Shown: one piece after another, positions 52,001 through 61,000 of the stretch
Position numbering within the stretch: the stretch's first letter is position 1
How the letters are laid out: the number at the start of each line of letters is the position of its first letter
Assembly: GCA_035221665.1 (NCBI GenBank)
Contig: CM069153.1
Coordinates: forward strand, 30,070,001 to 30,134,000
DNA: 64,000 nucleotides
Source: Okamejei kenojei
Lineage: Eukaryota
Reading direction: 5' to 3'
The notes under the pieces: model-generated
Told to the model about the DNA's origin: nothing
The model's input: the letters and a program-made list of their open reading frames with translations, nothing else
Databases searched by the model: none
Translations under genes and position numbers: made by a program

Positions 52001-55000
52001 AAAAAAAATGTAGTGACTGGGTCTTTAATGACTGCATTCCCTTTGGCACTTGTCGAAGTTCTCCATGGAAAAGGGTGGAAGCACTAAAGCTGCACTAAGG
52101 GTAACAAGGAGCCGATTCGGTGCGTGGAGTGCCGGGGTGGTCCAGACGCTGGCTGGACACCAAGAGGAGACCACACACACGGCACACTTGCAGCAGCACA
52201 CACTTCTCAGCACGTTTAGCACTCCCCAGGCATCTGGCAGTTGGATCTGCCATTACAGTACTCAGACAGAAACAGCAGAGAGCACTGTAACATCACCTCT
52301 CAGTTTAACAAACAAGTCACAGTCGCTGCTTTATAACACCCGTCATCATAGTCTAATTAAATCATTTGTAACAATATAGAAAACATCAAATGGAATTGTA
52401 GCAGATCAAATTGATCGAAATCTTAAATAACACTGCTGTTATCATACAGTCATACAGCATGGAAACAGGCCATTTGGCCCAACTTACCCGTGCTGACCAA
52501 GATGCCCCATCTACACTATCCTACACATATCGCTCTAAATCTTTCCTATCTGTCCAAACATCTTTTGAACATTGTTATAGAACCTGTCTCAACTCTCGAC
52601 ATCTTGATCGACACAAAATGCTGGAGTAACTCAGTGGGACAGGCAGCATCTTTGGAAAGAAGGAACGGGTGATGTTTCAGGTTGAGACCCTTCTTCAGAC
52701 TGATGTCAGGGAAGTGGGTGGTACAAAGACCTCTTCAACTATCTCAGCTAGTGTTCTTTTTTTACATGGATGCTGTTCCACTGTATTTATTATTCGCAAA
52801 GCCGGGAGACTATGAGGTTAGGATAACTATCTTGCTCCAGAGGTGGGAGGGAGATGGCAGGCGGTAATAATATAGGGAGACATTTTTTGAATATAGGGCG
52901 ACATAATTTGACGAGGGAGCCAGGATCTTGGCTTTAGTGTACAGTATGTATAGTACAGAATAAAACAGAAAACATTGTAAATACTGAGCATCTGTGGAGA
53001 GTGAAAGAAAGTCAATGTTTCAGGTTGGTGATTTCTCATCAGAGCTGGGAAACACTTGAAATTAAACACATTTTAAGTTGCTCAAAGGGGGAGGACAAGA
53101 CTGATCCCAGGAGTGATTGGGTTAACATATAATGAGCGTTTGAAAGCACTAGACCTGTACTTGCTGGAGTTTAGAAGGATGCAGGACCTCATTGAAACTT
53201 ACTGAATAGTGAAAGGTCTGGATAGAGTGAATGTGGAGTGGATGTTTCCCACTAGTGGGAGAGTCTAGGACCAGATGCCATAGCCTCAGAATAAAAGTAT
53301 GTACCTTTAGAAAGGAGATGAGAAGGAATTTATTTTGTCAGAGGATGGTGAATCTGTGGACTTCATTGCCACAGCTGGCTGTGGAGGCCAAGTTAATAGA
53401 TATTTTTAAGGTAGAGATTGACAGATTCTTGATTAGGGGTTATGGGGCAAAGGCAGGAGAATGGAGTTGAGAGGGAAAGATAGATCAGCCATGATTGAAT
53501 GGTGTAGATGATGGGCCAAATGGCCTTATTCTGCTCCTAGAACTTATGAATTTATCAGATGAACGGAGACTGATGAAGTTGCCAGTTGGGAAAGAATGAT
53601 GAAGGGTTTTCACTGCTGCTGCGGACGTGTCAATGGAGGGAGATGAATGTCAGCAGAGGAGCGGGGAAAAAGCAAAGTTGGAACTGAGAGAGAAAATCAT
53701 CTGACGAATGTTGAATGGTGGGAATACCCAGCAGGTCAGGCAGCACTTGGGGAGGAAGATGTGCTGAGTTAACATCACAGATTGATGCTTTGGTGAGCAC
53801 TTCGGGACCAGTGATCACAATACCATTAGTTTCAATATAATTATGGAGAGAGTCAGAAGTGGACCTAGGGTGGAGATTTTTGATTGGAGAAAGGCTAACT
53901 TTGAGGGAATGCGTAAGGATTTAAAAGGAGTGAATTGGGACACTTTGTTTTATGGGAAGGATGTAGAAGAGAAATGGAGGACATTTAAAGGGGAAATTGT
54001 AAGAGTACAGAATCTTTATGTCCCTGTTAGGTTGAAAGGAAATAGTAAAAATTGGAAAGAGCCATGGTTTTCAAGGGAAATTGGACACTTGTTTCGAAAA
54101 AAGAGAGATATCTACAATAATTATAGGAGGCATGGAGTAAAGGTACTAGAGGAGTATAAAGAATGTATAAAGAATCTTAAGAAAGAAATTAGAAAGGCTA
54201 AAAGAAGATATGAGGTTGCTTTGGCAAGAAAGGTGAAAGTAAATCCAAAGGGTTTCTACAGCTATATTAATAGCAAAAGGATAACGAGGGATAAAATTGG
54301 ACCATTAGAGAGCCAGAATGGACAGCTATCTGCAGAGCCAAAAGAGATGGGGGAGATATTGAACAATTTATTTTCTTCAGTATTCACCAAGGAGAAGGAT
54401 ATTGAACTCTGTGAGGTAAGGGAAAAAAGTAGAGTAGCTATGGAAACTATGAGATTCAAAGAGGAGGAAGTACTGACACTTTTGAAAAATATAAAAGTGG
54501 ATAAGTCTCCAGGTCCTGACAGGATATTCCCTAGGACATTGAGGGAAGTTAGTGTAGAAATAGCAGGAGCTATGACAGAAATATTTCAAATGTCATTAGA
54601 AACGGGAATAGTGCCGGAGGATTGGCGTACTGCGCATGTTGTTCCATTGTTTAAAAAGGGTTCAAAGAATAAACCCAGCAATTATAGACCTGTTAGTTTG
54701 ACGTCAGTGGTAGGCAAATTAATGGAAATGATACTTAGAGATAATATATTTAAGCATCTGGATAAACAGGGTCTGATCAGGAACAGTCAACATGGATTTG
54801 TGCCTGGAAGGTCATGTTTGACAAACCTTCCTGAGTTTTTTGAAGCGGTTACTAGGGAAATTGATGAGGGTAAAGCAGTGGATGTTGTCTATATGGATTT
54901 CAGTAAGGCCTTTGACAAGGTTACCCATGGAAGGTTGGTTAAGAAGGTTTAATCTTTGGGTGTTAATGGTGGAGTAGCAAGTTGGATTCAACAGTGGCTG

Positions 55001-58000
55001 AATGGGGAATGTCAGAGAGTAATGGTGGATGGCTGTTTGTCAGGTTGGAAGCCCACCGGTGGGGGGCCTCAGGGATCTGTGTTGGGTCCACTGTTGTTTG
55101 TCATGTACATCAATGATCTGGATGATGGGGTGGAAAATTGGATAAGTAAGTATGCAGATGATACTAAGATAGGTGGTTATGTGGATAATGAAGTCTACAG
55201 AGAGATTTGGGCCATTTGGAAAAGTGGGCTGAAAGATGGCAGATGGAGTTTAATGCTGATAAGTGTGAAGTGCTACATCTTGGCAGGACAAATCAAAATA
55301 GGACGTACATGGTAAATGGTAGGGAATTGAGGAATGCTGTGGAACAGAGAGATCTAGGAATAACTGTGCATAGTTCCCTGAAGGTGGAATCGCATGTAGA
55401 TGGGGTGGTAAAGAAAGCCTTTGGTGTGCTGGCCTTTATAAATCAGAGCATTGAATATAGGAGTAGGGAAGTAATGTTAAAATTGTACAAGGCATTGGTA
55501 AGACCAATTCTGGAGTATGGTGTACAATTTTGGTCACCTAATTATAGGAAGGATGTCAACAAAATAGAGAGAGTACAGAAGAGATTTATTAGAATGGTGC
55601 CTGGGTTCCAGCAACTATGTAACAGAGAAAGGTTGAACAAGTTATGTCTTTATTCTTTGGAGCGCAGTAGGTTAAGGGGGGACTTGATTGAGGTCTTTAA
55701 AATGATGAAAGGGATAGACAGAGTTGACGTGGATAAGCTTTTCCCATTGAGGGTAGGGAAGATTCAAACAAGAGGGCATGACATGAGAATTAAGGGACAG
55801 AAGTTTAGGGGTAATGTGAGGGGGAACTTCTTTACTCAGAGGGTGGTGGCAGTGTGGAATGAGATTCCAGCAGAAGTGATGGAGGCAGGATCGATTTTAA
55901 CATTTAAAAGTAAAATGAATAGGTATATGGACGGGAAAGGAATGGAGGGGTATGGTCTGAGTGCAGGTAGATGGGACTAGGGGAAAACAAATGGTCGGCA
56001 TGGACTGGAAGGGCCGAGAGGGCCTGTTTCCGAGCTGTAATTGTTATATGGTTATATGGTTATATGCCTTACTTCAGAACTGGCTTGTTCTCACACAAAA
56101 CTAGACGGACCAACGATGTGAATGTTTGGAATCCTGTGTTACGTCCCAACGCTGGAACATCCCCAGTCAGAAGGGGATGAGCATTGCTGGAGACATTGGG
56201 GTGAACCATGGAGTCGTGGATGGAGGAATAGCTTCTGGGGGAGAGGGGAAGATTTGTCTGGATGGGATCACAATGACGGTGGCGGTAATTCTGCTAAAAA
56301 TAAGTTGTCTTGTCATACTTCTCATATTAACTGTTCCACATAGCATAAATTATAGAACACCATGGCTTCTGCATTTAATTCCAATGTCTCTGCCTTCCTC
56401 ATGGAAAACACTCCAGTTCCTGCTTTTTTGTTCCAAGAATGAGTTCCCCAGATTTGGTACTAGATCTTGCCTTTCACCAGTTTCAACCCCCGTTCCTGGT
56501 CTTGCCAACTCAGTATACTTTGTAGCATTCTTTATTCTTTCTACACCTTTTATGAAGTCCTCCCTGCATTTCTCACAGTCAGACTGAATAATTTGACTTG
56601 CCAAGCCTTCCCTTAGAATTCACGGGATGGCAAGGCGGCGCAGCAGGTAGTGCTGCTGCCTCATAGTGTTGGAGACCCAGGCTCAATCCGGACCTTGGGT
56701 GCTATCAGTGTGGAGTTTGCATGTTTGCCCTGTGGCAGCGTGGGTTTCCACCAGGTTCTCCGATTTCCTCCCACATCCTAAAGACGTGTGGGCTTGTTGG
56801 TTAATTGGCTTCTGTAAATTGCCCCTAGTGTTTAGGGAGTGGATGAGTAAGAGGGATAACTTAGAACTAGTGTGAACGGGTGATCGATAGTCGGTGTCGA
56901 CTCGGTGGGCCGAAGGACCTGTTTCCCTGCTCATACTCTATCTCTAAACTAAACTAAATTCCAATATGAAGAACGGGTTTTGCCTGCCTTTTCAAATACC
57001 CCTTCTGGTTTTGGATCTGCATCTTATTTTTGGCCAAAAGCCGACCGGTTTTGTTCCTCTACAGGTATAATGTCTTTCAAAGTCATTTCCTGGCCTGAGA
57101 GACGCCAGGTTATTCAATAACACTGTATGCCAAACTGCAGGCTTTAAGCTAAACGTTGGCACTGCCGTGCAGCTGAATCTGTTTAGCAATGACAAGAAGC
57201 CAAGTGGAAAAAGTTCAATTAAAAATGCTAAGTGAAACCCACAATGAATTAAAGGCCCCCAGAGTTCATTATTAGCATGAATATTTATTGTTTAGATAGG
57301 CTCGCAAGGCAATGCTAACTACATCTACTTTGCATACACAGAATAGACTGCCTATAAAACAGACTATCCTTGCTCGAGTCCCGTTGGTGGTCTCGACGGT
57401 AAAGCAACACGAGATTGCTTTGTTGAAAATAATCTCTTCTCAGTCTCCATAGTGTTCAGTTCACAGCTGCTACTCTGGTACTAATGGACGAGAAATGGTG
57501 AGAGAAGAGCCTGATGTTTGGAGATGGGTTCAACAGTTACTTTGATCTGGTTTTGAGCTTCCTTTAGTTTCGACTGTAATGTGGAGCATTGTGGATTCAG
57601 ACCCGCAGGCAGAGACTTCACTTACCCCACACCATGTGACCTTGCCCCGCACACTGGGACCTTACCCCACACATGTCCTTACCCCACACGTTACCTTAAC
57701 CCCGCACACTGGGACATTACCCCACACACTGGGACCTTACCCCACACGATGAGATCTCCGGACGCCTCGTCCACTCCGCGGGAATTGGTGGCCAGGCAGA
57801 TGTAGCTGCCGGCATCGGAGATGTGGGATGGGCTGATGAGGAGGCTGCCGGACTCCAGCAGGGTGAAGCGGGGGAACTGGACGGAACCGCTCGCCAGCAC
57901 TTTCTCTCCTGTGTGCAAAAGGGAACACATGTCGCTCATGATATTTATCAGTGACGTTTCACTTTAGAACAGTCCAGCACAGGAATGGCCCCTTCGGCCC

Positions 58001-61000
58001 ACAATGTTTGTGCCAAACATGATGCCTGGTTAAACTGATCTCATCTGACTGTATGTGATCTATAGCCCTCCATTCCCTGCACTTCCAGGAGCTCATCCAA
58101 AAATCTCTTAAATGCCACTATCATATCTGCCTCCACCATCACCACAGGCAATGCATTCCACACCCCCACTAATCTCTGTGGAATAAATCTTGCCCTGCAC
58201 CTGGTGCTTCACACATGCACCACAGAAAACTTACTGTTTCTGTTCCATACATCACAGCTTGGTTTGGGAACAGCTCTGCCCAAGACAGTAAGAAGTTGAG
58301 GATGTAGCCCAATTCATCATACAGACCAAACTCCTCACCACTGACTCTACTTACACTTCACACTACCTCGGGAAAGCAGCCAACATAATCAAAGTCATGT
58401 CCCACCCCGGTCATTCCACCTTCTCCCTGCTCCCGTCAGTAAAAGCGACAGAAGCTTGAAAGAATGCACCATAGACGCAGGGACAGTTTCTTCCCCTCTG
58501 TTATCGGGCTTCTGAATGGTCTTACCATAAGCTTGGGTACTGTCTGATTCACTTCTACCCAATTGAGGACATTGGATATAGACACAAAAAGCTGGAGTAA
58601 CTCAGCGGGTCAGACAGCATATCTAGAGAAAAGGAATAGGTGATGTTTTGGGTCAAGACCCTTCTTCAGACAGGGAGTCAGGGGATGTTGGACTTTGCCC
58701 ATGGAACTGGTGCACTATAATGCTGAGAACTATATTCTGTGCTCTCTATCTTTCCCTTTGCTCTACTTATTGCACCTGAATTTGACTTGATTGTGATTAT
58801 ATGTTGTATTATCTCATCTGTTTCTGTTGCATGTAAAACAAAGCTTTACACTGTATCTCAGCGTATGTGACAATCATAACGCTAACCCAGAATAAAAACA
58901 AACCAGTTATTTTAGCCCAGTGCTTTCACCACAGATCTAGTCAGAACCATGTCATTATTACTGGCACTGTTTGTTGGACAGGGCAACAGACGTAGAAATA
59001 AAAAACTAATCTTCTAGTTTATACCTGAAACAAAGTGCTGGAGTAACCCAGTGGGTCAGGCAGCAACTCTGGAGAAAAAGGATGGGTGACGTTACGGGTC
59101 GGGACCCTTCTTCAGACTCATGTCTTCAGTGGATGAGTGGACATATGTCCTTCTTGTGCCACTCGCTTCACTTGACAGGGTCAGACCCAACTAGTCAGCC
59201 TGCTAGTGATTGAAGCTGGAGCTGGCCACAGCGCATCACTTGAAGAGCTTCTGATTTTGTCACTTCTGTAGAATCTCCCTCAGACCAAAAATGTCACCAT
59301 CTTTTAAAGAGAGATTAAGAGCTTGGGGCTGTTGGAACCGGCCCATGGGAGACCCTCTCTGAGAGAGGGCTTCTGGCTGCTTTTGACTTCAGGTGTTACT
59401 GTCCTTGTGCTTGGAAAAGGCCACACACAGAGGACGCTTAGCAACAGTGGGCATGCCTGTTCCAAACAAGTCAGACCCTCCTAAACTGAATTCATCATCC
59501 GTCACTATGAGGTCAATGATCAGTGAATACAGACAGTAGACGTCGGCAGCCTGGTAAAGTTTGTAAAGGAAAGGCAGGGTGATGGGAGATGTGGGAGTAG
59601 GTGTAGATACTTGCCCCTCTGCCAGGTGATGGCGGGTCGTGGAGCCCCCGACGTTTCACACGAGAGGATGACTGAGAGCCCGTCTATCACCGTGCTGTCG
59701 GTTGGCCCCTTGGTGATATTGGGAGGAATACCTGCAACAACCAAAAACAACCATTTCTCTCACATTACTTCAGATATCACTGAGTAATTTACGTCATGAG
59801 AGCACTAATTTTAATCATGGCACGTTTATCAAGTGCATTCTATATGATAACTAAAGGAACAATAAAATTGGAGATATTAGATCTTTTCACAAGACAGTGG
59901 ATCGGATTTCTATAAACATACTACTGTTTTAATGTGAAGATCAATAAACTGCAGATGCTGAAAATCAGAAAGATCACCTTTGTTTCTCTTGCCGTTTACT
60001 GACTCGTTCTTGCCATGACTAAATCAGCCATTGAACTCTCTGTAAGGCCACACAACAGCAAATACTGATTCGGCGATGAGTGAATGGGGAACAAACGTCG
60101 ACGGAAATACTGGAACGGCTCTGACCTTTACCAAATAAAGCAGTTGGGCTATTTACATGCGCATATACTTGCCCTTAAGTTAAAGGGTTTACCCTGAACA
60201 AACAATTCCGTGCATCCCTTCAGAACCCTTGCAGCACGGTGTTGCAGCAGTAGAGATGCTGCCTCACAGCGCCAGAGTCCCAGGTACGATCCTGACTAGA
60301 GGCGCTGTCTGTGTGGAGTTTGTATGTTCTCCCTGTGACAGCATGGGTTTTCTCTGGGTGCTGCGGTTTCCTCCCACATCCCAAAGACATGTGGGTTTGG
60401 AGGTTAATTGGCTTCTGTAAATTGTGCCTTGTGCTTATGATGGAACTAGAGCACGGGGCGATTGCTAGTCAGCGCAGACTCGGTGGGCCGAAGGGCCTGT
60501 TTCCGTGCGGTATCTCTAAACCAAAGAAGTTTCCAAATCAGTAATTCCCTTATTCTATTTTATGATGTTAGTTATTCCTGAATTGATAGCAAGTCATTTG
60601 CCCCAAAAAGCTCCTAGAAAAGTTAAAGATAAAATGCGATTAAAAGATTACATTGGAATTAGAGTAGTATTGGATTAGATTAGAAGGCACGATTGAAACA
60701 TTTATCCACAATTCACAATCCTCTTGCACAATGGACCATCGCGGTGTGCGTGCCGGGAGTTAGCTGAATGAAAGATGCTACTTACTGGTGACGGCCAGGT
60801 AGGTGAATGTTTGCACCTCGCCCGCATCGTTCCGGGCAAAGCACTGGAACATGCCAGTGTCGTCAGGGACGAGCCCGTTGATCTGGAGGCTGCCGTTGGA
60901 CAACACCTTGTATCTGGGGGCAGTTAGCCTGGTGATGAGCGTCGCGTCTTTATACCAATACAGCACTGGCGGGGGCACTCCTGTAAATACATACACAACA

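Noticed and set aside
53843-55980. Functional reverse transcriptase gene
   Set aside because: 5'-truncated CR1 ORF2 with an internal stop and a frameshift.
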